In this document: positions 25,050 to 38,399 of the stretch, piece after piece
How the letters are laid out: each line of letters starts with the position of its first letter
Numbering within the stretch: position 1 is the first letter of the stretch
Source of the DNA: Epiperipatus broadwayi
Lineage: Eukaryota > Animalia > Onychophora
Assembly: GCA_028023455.1 (NCBI GenBank)
Contig: JAQFVV010000009.1
Location: forward strand, 4,092,001 to 4,156,000
Length of the DNA stretch: 64,000 bases
Reading direction: 5' to 3'
Program-made: the position numbers and the translations under genes
Notes under the pieces: generated by a model
Database searches by the model: none
What the model was told of the DNA's origin: nothing
Seen by the model: the letters and a program-made list of their open reading frames with translations, nothing else

Positions 25050-27400
25050 AAAAAACAAAACAAAATAGAGAGAAAAATAGAGGAAATGCGTAATTTAATA
25101 ATTGACTCAATGATATTTTTATAAGTCAGAAGAGCAGGACACTGGAGCAGAAAGTGATGGATTGTTTTTTGAGACTTACCACAAAGGGAATCAATGTTAG
25201 TATTCACCATTCTCTATGATAAAAAATGACTTAGTGGGTAGGGTTCTAAATTGATTTTGATGAGCAAATCAAAGTAATTTGGTTCCACATACCAGAATTT
25301 GAATTTTTTGATTATAGTCTTTACTGATGACAGTAAGAAAAAATGGGAATGATTGAGATTGACTAGCACTATGAGGCAAGAGTATTTTCTTGGAGAATGT
25401 GTGACAATTAAAATCAATTTAAAAATAAAATTTTTACCATTATATATAGTGAAAAGATATTTAAGTAATATTCTGGATAGAAACTGGTTTAGATCCCTTG
25501 AAATTCAAATAGAAAGAAAAGAATAAAAACGATTTGTATTGAAAATTGCAGGGAGAAAATTGGGGCCAATAAAAGTGATAATAACATCAAATAGTGGAAT
25601 TTAAAACTATTGAATATTTCAAAGGCTGCCAATTGGACTAGAAATGAACCTGGATATAAAACTTTTGGATAAAGTATGAATAGCCAAAATGTCTATCATT
25701 ATGTGACAAGGCCTATTTGGAATGTACATGAAATGCATCCTTTAAACCAATTGTGTACTCATATCACCAGAGGCTGAGAGCAAGTGCTTAGTTTATTAGA
25801 TAAGTGACACCCAGAAGATGTATGAATGAGAGCATTAGTATGTATGATGGCTTAATATGGGCTGGAAATAGGGCAGATAGTGAAGAACTGTTAGAATGTA
25901 ATCCACTGCTAACTCGCCTCCAAAAAGATTGGAAATATGCCCAAGTCTCCAAAACCAGAGATAAGACAACACTTGGACCATGCCAGACCAATGTATGACT
26001 ATATCTATTTATTTGCTAAAGATTTATACTCCAAATAAATGGAGTACAAGTTTATCAAAAATAATGTGGAATGTACTATTAAGGCACTAAAAAAATCTTT
26101 GCAAGCCAAGAATATACAGAAACTATTGTGCCCAACAAGAGAACTGGTTTTGTGTCATAGATATTTAAAGATTTTTTGGCTGATAAGGGAATATGCCAGG
26201 TTTTGACATTGGCATACCATTCCAAGCCTAGCCAAAAAGATTGTTCAACATCATAAATTGACATTGAATAAAACAGCATACCAAGATATAAATAAAATGC
26301 TAATAGACACACCATGTATATCCACAATGAAGACACTGGAAGAATTGTAATGTGCTGAAAATTCCACATGCACCTGTCCAGTTATTACAAGCTAATAACA
26401 TAATTGGGGGAAACAATTTAGATCTTGGAAAATTTGGATTAGAGACATTTTAATGAATTAGTACAGCATTGTGCTGAAATCATTTATTTTTTGAAATTAT
26501 ATATTTTTTGCTTTCTTCAAATTGCAGGAAAACCATGTGCCAATACCATCACTCTGCATTTTTTAAAAAAAATTTTGAATGGTATATCATGTCTTACTCT
26601 GATAAAAATTGGATTTTTTTTATTAAGAACTTCATTTAATTTATTTTATTATCTCAATTTATTAGATTGGATGGAAAAACATGACATGAATTTATGTGGG
26701 AAATTAAGTTTTGAAGATTCCTAATTTTTAGACCTTTGGATTCTTAAGATAGTTTACCATCCAACAGTTCAAATAAATCATCTAACCCTAATTTGTCCTT
26801 GGAAAAAGAAGCTCCTTAACTAGCCAAAAGATGAAGAAAGACTAGATAACATAAACCTGCTGAAGTTAGCGGTAGTCCAGGCGTCTTTCATGTCACCTAA
26901 TGCAATGGAATAGCAAACAAATATAGACAATTTTACGAACTCCAGATGTGAAGTTCCAATTACAATGACTATTCAATTTTTTGATAAAACCAATAAATAC
27001 ACTACAAAAGAAAAAAAAAATGTAATTGGCAAAACATGTCAGATCATTAGTTATCTGCATTTTTTGGTATGGTATTTGGAATTTTATGCAAGACTTGTTT
27101 AGTTCAGTTGAGGGACTTTTTGGGACTCTGATCCAAATCTAAGGCAGTCTTATTTTGCAGGCATAATGACTCTGAAATGGTTTAATAATTTATTAGTGTC
27201 TGTACTTTAACGATAATGAAAAAATGCAGAATAACAAAAGTAGTGTCTTGGATCATATCTATAAAATTAGGCCGATTATATGCCTGTGCAATGTAAAATA
27301 GGACTGTGTGTCAGCTTTATATTGATTTCTTTTGTCAATTGATAAACAGAATGACTGAAATGTATTATCTTTTATTTTAATGACAATATTCAAGAGTATG
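25050..27400 (-). mobile_element. Highly decayed non-LTR retrotransposon (L1/Tx1-like, tentative)
   Basis: The minus strand has SLCGKSQKTIHHFLLQCP (C-terminal CCHC-like knuckle, ~25130-25185), plus weak RT-like remnants (ALDLDQSPKK ~27100-27150; SGVR ~26930). Confidence 0.45.
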
Positions 27401-29559
27401 AACAGGTATGTTCATCAGCAAGACTTATACCATGAAAGAGTTAGAATATAAACACAATGTTTTTTTTATAAATATGTGCCTTAGAATTTTTAAAAAAATT
27501 TTAATAAAAAATAAAAATACATTTAATTCTGAAGTGAAATTACAAAAAAGAAATTATATGTACCAATATCTTTTTCTTTCCTAAAAATCTTTGACTGCCT
27601 CTTGAAGTGAAAAATTGTTGCAGATTCATATTATTTTGATTGTCATGTTATCTTTAACAGTGATGTTTATTCAATATGAAGACATTCTTAACAAAGTTTG
27701 TTTATCATAAGTCTAAAACCAAAATAGTTTTGAGTGAGGAATTGGAAATTTAAGAGCTCAAATCTGTAGTGCATTTTGTCTTTCAGGCTATCAAACTTTT
27801 ACAGCTTTTAGTAAAAGGACTTGCACAAAGCATACACACCACAGTTTTATGATGTACACACATGTATAGAAATTTCATATTATATGCCATTAGCGATTTT
27901 TTCCCCTTTCGCCTATTTTTTTTTGCAATGCCATTCTGATTGAATTTTAAAATTTTTTAATTAATTATAAATTATTAAAGATAATTTCATTATATTACAT
28001 TATTACTGTTTACTTATTTTTTTTATCTCTTATTAGCAGAGACCGTTTTTCTTATAGATGCCTTGAGAGATTTTTTGACTTCTGGGGTACAAGTAAAAAT
28101 GAAGTATTCTCACATTGCAGCTTTTGCAAGTATTGAAGCAATGAATTATCTGAAGTAAGAAGTATTATATATGTTTTAAATCAGAATTTTATAAGGAATA
28201 TAATGAAATTATCAATAAAAATGAAAATTAAAAACCTAATTATCATAAATTAAAAATTATGAGCAAATAATAGTGATAATTTTTCAGTTTATTGAAATCA
28301 CTTTTTTTTAATTCCTAGTTTTTTAAGGGTAATCACTATATTTTTAGTCTTATTTTTCCCTTGATATTTCCATTTTCGAGCAATACATGGCATTTTGCTC
28401 TAATAATGTTGAATTTGAAGAGTTTAAGAAAATTGTATCTCAAATCAATTCTTTAAAAATTCAATATGGCATCTTTTTGTCTGAAAAGTTAAGAAAAAAT
28501 GGCTTCCTCGTGAAATCAAAAAAATCCAATTGGAAAATGAAAAACACTTAAGGAGACACATCAATAATCTATTACCTCATCAAAACAAGACATCATAAAT
28601 GGTGTCCACAATTAGCCAGTAAAAAAAAACAAAAATTTTATAACGAAGAGGAATGCACAGATATCTCCTCAGCCACACAAAATGAGGAAACACTCATTGA
28701 TAGCCAGACTGAAAAATCAGACCTTGCTGAAACAAGTACCCAATCAGGCAATCAAGTGGAGGATCTATCAACAAAACAGCCTGATCAAAAAAAAAAAAAC
28801 GAATCAGGATGAAAAAGAATAGTCTTCACTCTCAAAACCTGTTTGAAATCATTGGAGAACCTAAAATTTACATTACTTTTGTAACTTTACAGATTATTTT
28901 TAGAGTGATGGAGGAGTGGATTGTCTATATGTGTATATAATATAAATAAAGTTTATTTTTTTGTAATTACATGCAGACAGTAAGTGTATATATAATTTGT
29001 CATGCTTCACTAGTATTTTCACTCTAGAAAAATTTACATACAACCTGAATATTTCTTTGAATGATAATAAAAGATAGCAGATGCAAATGAGATTAGATTA
29101 TACAGGAAAAACTAATATAAAACACTGCAATGGTCTATTCAAAAATGCTCTGATATAGTGAATATATATAACTGTCAGCAGAATGTTGACTGAATAATAA
29201 ATTATCATAAAATTGTTGTGTATTCAAGATATACAATATCTGTGTGTATGTAGGAAACGATATTTAATGGTAACACATAGTTATATGAACTATATTAAAA
29301 TGATTATGTGTGTGAATAAATAATTAATACAACCACAGATTATACATGACTTTAGAGACTATGAAGTAATCTCTAATTGCTTTTAATTATTTTATTTATA
29401 TATATTAATTGGCAAATAAATGAACTTGTGTCAAAAGTTTGAATTGTCTTAGTTTTTTTATTAAACTTATTGATGGTACCTAGCTGGTATTAAAAGAATA
29501 TCCCCAGGATTTAACACTACTCTAATAGGAATTTTGTTTCCAGAATTAAGCTAATGGAA

Positions 29560-31470
29560 TGTAAAACCTGAATAAATCAGAAAAGATATTATACATCTTT
29601 CCAAAGTAAGATGGACAAGTTATAAAATAAGAAATAGAGATAAGAAATAAAGAATGAGCTAAAATTTGATACAACAGAATAGAAAAGAGGAAATTTTATA
29701 CTTATATTGCTGTAAATGATAGCTGTTGTTATTGATGAAGAAAACCGTTTCAAGAGATCTAGATAATTATGGCAATTAATGAATACGATGATGATGGAAT
29801 AGATTACTATTAAAAAGTTATTAAAAATAAATACAAAAATAATTTTATGTAAATATGAAAGACTGAAATATTATAAGAGAGATAGAGAAGATTTTTCAGG
29901 ATTATAGTTAAAAAATAAATGCTAAATTTATATAGAAAAATACAATGTAGTCAAGAATAATTTATGGTTTAAAAACCATAATATAGATTTATACATGAAA
30001 AACAATGGAAATTCAAATCAGATTTAGAAATAGTATTAAGAATATAGATATACATCCTGAAACTGATATAGATTCAAATAACAATTTAACAGGGACAAAA
30101 ATTGATAAGTTTTATGAGTAAAAAAAAATATTACAGAAAAAAAAAAAGACCATTTTAAAAGTTGAAAAGGAACATTAATTTTTTTTTCAAATTTATTATA
30201 GATAAAAAAATAAGTATATATTGCAGAAAAAATATTTTAAATGAAAATTCAAATAAAGGCTGAAGAAAATAATAAAAAAAAAAAAATTAAAAAAAGGAGG
30301 ATATTATAAATACAGAAATAGAAGTATGTTGTATAGATATATTAATAGTGAATTACAATGAATAATAGATAAGACTTAAAAAGTGTGCTCAAAAAAAAAA
30401 AAGTAATGAGATAAATGTACAAAAAAAATAGATATAATTTAAATTACAGTAGAAATCAGTGGAAAGATATAAATAAACATGATAAATGCATTGGAAAAAG
30501 TGTTTAGTTGATTTCTATAATGGAAATAGCAAATTCACATTATGATTAAAAAAAAAAAGAAAATGACATGCATATAAATAAAATAGGTTATGCAATAGCA
30601 TAAAATAAAAACTGAAAAAGCAAGAAAACTAATAAAATTTACAGAATTTTTAAAAATTATAGATTTTCTTTATTCTAATTTCTTTAACTAAAAAAGCTTA
30701 ATGCAGTATATTATGAGAAGTTTAGAACAATAAGTTTAATATTAATCAAGTTGGATTCAATATTGATGTAAAAAAAATTGAAAAATAAAAGATGGAATAA
30801 GATTAATAACTATTGTAATGAGAGATAAAAAAAAGTGATATCTGTTTCAATTGATTTTGAAAAGAAATTTGATGAGTAAATTAGCTTATTTTATTGGATA
30901 CTTTAAAAAATAAATATTCATTAAAAGGAAACACGGCTATTAGTTAATTTGAATGAATCAACGATATTTCAAAGATTATAATCTTCTTTTAGAAATTGAA
31001 AACACATGAAGTATCATATAATATTATTCTTAAATCAAGTGATAATTAATGGTTGTTTTGAAAAAAATTGATTAAGCACTAAAAATAGAAAAGTTTTGTT
31101 AATGATTATAAAAATAATTTGCAGAAACTAAGGCTAGAATAAAAATGTAATGTGTAAACTATTTATTTTGTGGCTCACTAAAGTTAATTTTAAAAAAAAA
31201 AAAATCTTAAAATGGAACAGAGACTTGGACAATCGGGAAAAAAAAGAATGTTTTTGAGATATGGATTTGGAAAAAAACAGAATAAGTAACAGTTAAAAAA
31301 AAAAAAACTATTTAAAAAAATTGTAAAATAGAAAAATTGAACTAAGAATAGCAGATGAATTATAAAGAGTACCTTGAAAGAGTGTGTGCGCGTGTGGGAG
31401 AGTTACCTAAAAATGTTAACAAATAAAACAAAAGACAGAAAGGCTTGGAGAGAACTGATTTTTCTATAAA
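29560..31470 (+). mobile_element. Old RTE-like LINE remnant
   Basis: Remnant motifs include ISIDFEKKFD (~30845), GTETWT (~31215) and KDRKAWRE (~31430), in purine-rich plus-strand sequence like the neighbouring RTEs. Confidence 0.55.
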
Positions 31471-32259
31471 AGACATAGAATTTTAACACATTTTCCATCC
31501 TCAACCTTTTAAACATTATTGCCAATTCACTTCAGGAGAAAAAAGATCTCCAATAAGCTTCTTATTTCCAAATATCCAGTTGAAGATTGCTCTACTCCAT
31601 CAAGAATAATCTCTTCTTGCTATGTATCTATTCCACATCCATTCATTTATATTCTTTAACTTTTATGATTATGTCAGTAACATACATCTGGACTTAAATC
31701 TATTAATTTCTTTTTTTTCTATTTATTCTTATTCCCAATATAAGTTTTTCTGTATTCCTCAATCATTTACTCTAGAATCTAAACTCCATATTTCACAACC
31801 ATAAGATAGATGAGGCTACACTGATTATAATTTTTCTCTTTTTATATATATAAATAAATGGTTTTTAAAATATATTATGTCTATAAAATGCACTTTAATT
31901 CTGCTTTTATTGAAGAGACTAAAAAATCGAGTGACTCCCAATGTAAGGAGTCTCCCTCTATCATGCCAATGGTCTCTTAGGAGAGCAGATGAGTGAATTT
32001 AGGATTAGGACATCCTTTTGTTCTTTTGAGAAAAAACTTCCCTAGAGGTGGCTAAAGGCAACAAAAACCACAACTCATTTTTCAAGTAATCCGTGATAAA
32101 GAATGCACAGATATAATAATTATTTTATTGATCACTGAATTCATTTAACAAAATCCTGCAAGAATAGAAAAAGCAAGACCACTATATTAAAAATCTTATA
32201 AATCCATGATAAGCAGCTACAAAAAAATGCATAGGTGAAATAATTATTTTATTTGATAA

Positions 32260-34910
32260 TGGAATTCGTTTACCAAGATCCGGCAGGAGTGGATGAGGCC
32301 ACTCATATAGCCAGCCAGCAGATTCTCCATAAAGAAAATAATGCATTTATGATAAGTAATTGGAATGTGAGGACATTATGAGATCTAATGAGTTAAATGA
32401 AGTTAAGAAATGAATGATAAAATATAAGTTAGAGGTTTTAGATGTATATGAGACTAGATATATAGATAGATAATGGTATTTTTAAATCAGAAGAATTCAG
32501 AAAAATTTATAGTGATGATAAGTTTAGAAAAAAATGCCAAAAATTATACTGAATACTTATCATGTGAGTGGAAGGAAATTTTAATGATTAAAAAGAGAAC
32601 AGACCCAGTGAGATATAGTATTAATACAGTTATATTTGCCAACTACTAATAGTGATGATGAAGAAGTTTAAAATATTTATGAAAAATATGAATTATTATT
32701 AGAGCTTCTAATGAATATTATTTTGATGAGTGATTTAATGCATCTGTGGGTATACATAAGAATTCAAAATGTATGGGTAGATTTGGTTTAGGTGATATGA
32801 ATTCACAAGATGAGAAATTAATTTTAATTTTGTATGTAGCATAAAATGATATTATCCAATACATTTTAGGATGTGCCTAAAGAAGATATTATTCATGGAA
32901 AATAGAGACTTTGATTATATTATAATTAAACAAAGATATAGAAATTAAATACCAGCTACAGTCATGCTCACGGTGGTACTGAGATGGATAGTGATCATGC
33001 ATTTATTTTGGCAAAATAAAATATTAAAATTCAAAAGGAAAATTATATCTGTTCATATCTTAGCTAGGAAATTTAATGATGAAGATATTGATAATATGCA
33101 ATGGAAGAATATTAAAGCTTAAATATAAAGACAGCAGCAACTAAAGTATTTGGGGAAATGACATTAGTAACCAAGAAACCATGGATGACTCAAGAAATAT
33201 TGGATTTAATTTTAAAAAAGAACTGAAGTTAGATATAAAGACTATGATCAGCATAAAATAGTTAAATATTTACGAACAACAAATTGCCGAGTTGAGGAAA
33301 AAAAATGGATAAATGATAAGTGAAGAAATTGAAAACAACATAAATGTTGGAAAGATTAAACAGGTGTATGAAAAACTCAAATTGTTGAATTATAAAGAGT
33401 GAACATTTAGTAATGTTAAGAATAAAGAAGGAAAGACTCTTTTAGAAAATAAGAAAATGTGTGAAACAAGAGTACATTGAAGATTTGTATAAAGAAGAAA
33501 TAATAAATATAAATATGAAAGATTATATAGAAGATAAAAATATAGTTGATGAAGATGAGAAAAGATCTGTAATAACAAGAAAAGAATTTGATTATGTAAT
33601 TACTAAGATAAAAAGTAATAAGGCATCTAATATAGATAATATTTCAATTGACATTTTAAAAAATTATAGTAATGCCATTAAAAATAAATTATTTGATGAG
33701 ATAAGAGAATAATTATGAAAAAGATATAATACCATCTGATTTTATAACTACAAAAAATAAATTGTAGAATAACTCTATTATACCTTGAAGATTTTACTTA
33801 TACTAATTAAAATTAGAATACAAAAGAAAATAGATGAGAATCAGTATGGTTTAAGACCTGGAAAGGAACTATAGAAGCAATAGGGTCATTAAGAATGATT
33901 TTGCAAAGATTGTAAATGGATAAAAAATCTTATGTAACTTTTATGACTTAAAACAGGCTTTTGACAAAGTGTATTGAAAGTTGCTGTTTAAAATGATGAA
34001 GGACGTAGGCCTTGATTGGAAAGATAGATGGTTAATTTTAAATTTATATAAACATCAAATTATAAAAATAGTTATAAATAATTGCAAAAGTAATGCTAAT
34101 ATAAAAGATGTGATGCTAGGTTATCTTCTGTCACCCTACTTATTCAATTTATTTTAAAATTTAAAATTGATGGTCAGCATATGCAGATGATATAGCATTA
34201 TTTGCAGACTCAGATAAATAAATGACTAAAGATATTGAATATGCATATACAAACTTTTAAGCTAAAGATAAATGTTAATAAGATTAGTAATGTAGACAGA
34301 AAAAAGATGAAAAGACGGACAGATGTATGGATAAATAATATACATCTAGAATAAGTAAAGGAATTTTGTTATCCAGGAAGTATGATTTGTTATGATAATG
34401 GTTGTCTCGTCAAGATTAAAAGAAAAATATCACCAAAAATGCCTTTCAAAATAAAATAAAAAATTCACTACTAAATAAAACTATTGATACAAAAAATAGA
34501 ATGAAATTTATTAAAACTTTCATTTGGAGTATACTGACTTATAGTTGTGAGACAGAGTCCTTGGAAAAACAGGAAAGAAAATGATTGGAAAGAATGGAAA
34601 TGTGATTTTAGAAAAGATTAACTAATATGAATTGAATGAAAAAGAATAGAACTTGCAATAAAAAGGGAACTAATGAATATAATAAAAATGAGAAAGATTA
34701 AGTTTTTGGCTCATACTTTAATATATGATAGATTTTATAAAATATTTTGTACGGTATAACTTTAGGAAGAAGACTGAGAGGTAGACCCAAGAATATCCTA
34801 TCTTAAAGGGGTAATCAGTGAAATTGAATGTTTTACATACGCAAATTGCTGAAGATAGAACAATGTGACTGCACAACAAGGCATTGCCATTAGAAGCTGA
34901 TAATAATACA
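32260..34910 (+). mobile_element. RTE-like LINE with APE and RT remnants, decayed
   Basis: Motifs include ISNWNVRTL (APE start, ~32350), SDH, QYGLRPGKG, AFDKV, YADDIALFA, TYSCET and RGRP. Confidence 0.8.
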
Positions 34911-35115
34911 TCTCTTCAATTAAGATCATTGTCAAGCAAATAAAAATTACCTAATTATTTTAAATTTTAATATTGAACGTTCAACTATGTGTTAGTTTAA
35001 ATATATGTAAAATCTATATTTTGTGTTAATATAAATACACATGTAAACTGTACGATATATAAATAATATTTCTATATTAAATAGACAATCATCGTCTTAA
35101 CAAATGATAAATTTT

Positions 35116-35163
35116 ATACTCGAGCGCTTTCGAAGGTCTAAGCCTTCATTTTCAAAGAAGTAA
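35116..35163 (-). ncRNA. Atypical hammerhead-like motif in the PLE 3' pseudo-LTR (U3-A8 core variant)
   Basis: The minus strand reads TACTTCT-TTGAAAA-T-GAAGG-CTTAGA-CCTTC-GAAA-GCGC-TC-GAGTA: a 5-bp helix II, palindromic AGCGCT helix III and TACTT/GAGTA helix I. Confidence 0.55.
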
Positions 35164-35279
35164 CTGGAATCCGCAGATGTGAAATATGCAAATTAGGATC
35201 AACAAGATTTTCATTGACCTAGATTTGCCACTTCCTAGAGATGGCGCAAAATGTTTCTTATTTATTCATGGTGTGGACA

Positions 35280-37397
35280 TCAGAGATGATATGCCTCTTT
35301 GATCCTCCTTCGCAACTTGTGCCGCTCTCTGCACACCATGCGAGGTTTGTCTGGCATGCACTGGTATCCTGTAGTGGCTGCATGCTCCGCAAAAATAGAA
35401 GGGTGGGATGAATCAGCTGTATGTGTATAATGTTGTGCGAGTCGAGCGGATGGATGCCCTAGTCTCACCATAATATGACGCCATGCGATAATTGCTACTG
35501 CATGCAATCTTGTAAATGGCCTGCTGGGCGTACTTTGGGGGGATGTGGTCTTTAGTATTGTTTACGCATCTGTTGAAATTGGGGGGAGAGCGGTAACACA
35601 TGCTAAAATCGTTATGAAAGATCGTGTATAAATCTTTATGTACATTTTGGATATATGGCAGTAAAATTCGGGGTTTATTCAGTTTATTTTCTCGAATGGG
35701 ATAGTTTTTAAAATTTCTGATAATATTATCGATTGATCTCGTTATATTTTGCATTTATTAATTCATTTCTGAACATCTCAATGTTCTTCATTTTATCAGC
35801 TTCAAAGCTGCACAGATTTGCGTTTCTGTGTAAGAAAGATTTCAGACCAGCCGTTTTATATGTATATGGAGTATTCGATGAGTGGTGTATGTGGCCCTTA
35901 ACGTTAATCGGTTTGATGGTCATTCTATAACAGAAGCAATGAGCTTCCATCTTCACTAGATATTTAATGCTATTCAAAGCTTCATTTTGAGTTGTGTTTA
36001 TGTGAAGACCTGATGCTGTTGAGGTCTGTCTTAATTTCTTGTATTGGTTTTTAGGTGCAGCTATAAAAATATCATCCACGTATCTAGTGTATAGCAATAA
36101 ACGACAGCCCACATATCTCGGGGTGATAATTTGCTCGTATGCATTCATGATGATGCTAGCAACGACTCCACTCATTGGAAAACCCATTGGCCAACCGTTG
36201 AGCACGTGATACCATTCTTGGTTGCATACATGTTCTTGTTCATCCAGCTCAACAGAGCTACGATAAATTGGATACAATCCTGACTCATACCATGTCTGGT
36301 GAGTGCTTCTTATGCATTTTGGTCTGTCGGTAAGTCCGCACAATTCTGTAATATCCAGAGCTGTCATCTGTGTATTTTATTTTGGAACCACATTCTTCAG
36401 TCTATTTATAAAGTCGAAAGATGACTTGATGGCATAATCATCATAGCCTGAGGCTTGTGTAATCCATGTATTTATGGCTTTTGCTGTCTTGTAATAATGA
36501 ACACTGCCGAAGTCGATCATCAACCTCAGTGATACACATTCCTTGTGGGTTTTAGCATTGTGAAAACATTATTGGAGGGGTAGTTGCAGACGGATACATT
36601 GGGAGATATTCAGCCTTAGAAAACCTTTTTAACATGTGAAGCCTGAGAACAGCTGAGACAAACTTATTTTTATTCAATCTAAAGTTAATCTCTGGGACTT
36701 TTATAAATTTTCAGTTTATCTATTTGTTGCTGAATTTTGTTTATGTAGTCCCCTGTCTTCATAATCACGAATCTGTTTCCTTCGTCTTCTTTCATGACCG
36801 TGATCTTATTGTGATCCACAAACCTTCGTATTGCTGCAATCTTACATCTCCACTGTTCATGCCGTGGTTGTATAGTTTTGTATTGTATGCATCTGGCGAT
36901 TTTAGCTATATAAGTCTTTTGAGTGGATTATTGTCCAAACTGGCTTCAGGGTCTGCCACTAGCTCCATTTTAGGTAGCCTCCATCCTTCACCCATGAATC
37001 TAGGACCTTTATTCAACACTGTTTTACAACCTCTGGGATGTGTTTGTTAAATTTACAAAGCTTTCTTGCCCCTGTGGAACTATCTGTCTGTTTTGTTTAT
37101 AGGCTAGAAATTGGAGATTAAATTTTGTTTCCAATTTGCTATTGACAGTTTTCTTCTACATTGCATGATCACTTTGTTTAATATTAGTGCTTGTGTTTGT
37201 GCTATAATGGCGTTTATGTTATATATTGACCGGTTCAGCCTCACGTTACAAAACCTCGGGAACACTTTATCATTTCTACACCTAATCAGAAAATTCAATC
37301 TTTGCCTGTATTTACACACCTCCAGCAATGATTTCAAAGCCATTCTATTATGTGTTGTAGGCTCCACTACACTAATATTGTAATATTTAATGTTCAT
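35280..37397 (-). pseudogene. PLE ORF (N-terminal domain, RT, GIY-YIG endonuclease), interrupted by stops and frameshifts
   Basis: ORF track pieces: 37104-37397 (FLIRC...VFPRF), 35726-36367 (NGWPMGFPMSG, TRYVDDIFI), 35413-35754 (LLPYI, AIYKIAC..YYGETR) and 35280-35507 (FAEH..GY, RRRIKEAYH). Confidence 0.9.
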
Positions 37398-37525
37398 GTG
37401 TTAGTTTAAATATATGTCAAATCTATATTTTTGTGTTAATATAAATACACACATACACTATAAGATTTATAAATAATATTTCTATATTAAATAGACAATC
37501 TCAGTCTTAACAAATGATAAATTTT

Positions 37526-37573
37526 ATACTCAAGTGCTTTTGAAGGTCTAAGCCTTCATTTTCAAAGAAGTAG
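37526..37573 (-). ncRNA. Second, CpG-decayed copy of the pseudo-LTR hammerhead-like motif
   Basis: It matches 35116-35163 except for three CpG transitions (plus strand cgagcgctttcg to caagtgcttttg) and one change at the motif edge. Confidence 0.45.
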
Positions 37574-38317
37574 CTGGAATCCGCAGATGTGAAATATGCA
37601 AATTAGGGTGACTAGATTTTTGTTGACCGATTTTAAATTTTAGTAAAATTTATTTTCAAATGTAATACTTAAATATAAGAAATTGGCTATTGCTGCAAAA
37701 ATAACTGTCATATGCAAATCTAAGGTAACTGAGATAATTTTTTTTTTTTTGAGACCTAATATGTTTTAGTATGAAGCTTTGAAAACATCTTTAAAAAAAT
37801 TAATTTTTTTTGGAGTATACCTTTTTACTATTTTGAATTTTTCAATAATTTCAGGTTACTTTATTATGGAATTGTCATTTTCATATATTTCTTTAATAAT
37901 TTCAATGTCTTTTATATTCCCTGATATTTTAAAGCATTAAACCATAGCTGATATACATATATCACCTTCAGACAAAAAAACTAAATACTCAGATTATATA
38001 TATAAATAGCTTTAATGTAATGGAAAATAAAAATATCTTTGAATTATTTCATTTATATATGTAGATGATGTATTTTGTTAATGCCAAGGTATAAGTAAAT
38101 AGTATATATATATATATGATTAAGTAAAAATAATTAAATTATTTATTTTTAAAATTTAAACTTGAACAATTACTATATCTTTCTTTTTTAGCTGACTAGA
38201 TAAAAATTATACAAAAAATACTAAGATCTAAAATATTTTGTGTGACTTAAAAAGACTTTATTAATTATTAGATATAATTCTGTGTATGCACATACAAACA
38301 CTTATACATAAACTTAC

Positions 38318-38399
38318 GTCATAACTTTCTTCAGGTGGATGATAGCTTGTTCCAAAGCAGGATAATCAGGATTGATCTTATTTGTATGTTTTAAAATAT
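38318..38399 (-). CDS. Ect2: Ect2/pebble RhoGEF internal exon (DH domain C-terminal part)
   Basis: The minus strand reads ttttattttag|AT ATT TTA AAA CAT...ATG AC|gtaagt = (D)ILKHTNKINPDYPALEQAIIHLKKVM(T). This resembles the ECT2 segment DLKKHT..NPD..LE.AI..LKEVMT as I recall it. The exon is 82 nt, and its phase-2 end joins the G that opens the next exon (ACG, Thr). Confidence 0.93.

Larger units (their letters stand above)
34970..37629 (-). mobile_element. Full-length Penelope-like element (RT + C-terminal GIY-YIG), two pseudo-LTRs, 13-bp TSD ATTTTAAATTTTA
   Basis: ~250-bp direct repeats lie at 34970-35220 and ~37380-37629. ATTTTAAATTTTA occurs at 34957-34969 and 37630-37642. Coding remnants lie between the repeats. 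Confidence 0.92.
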
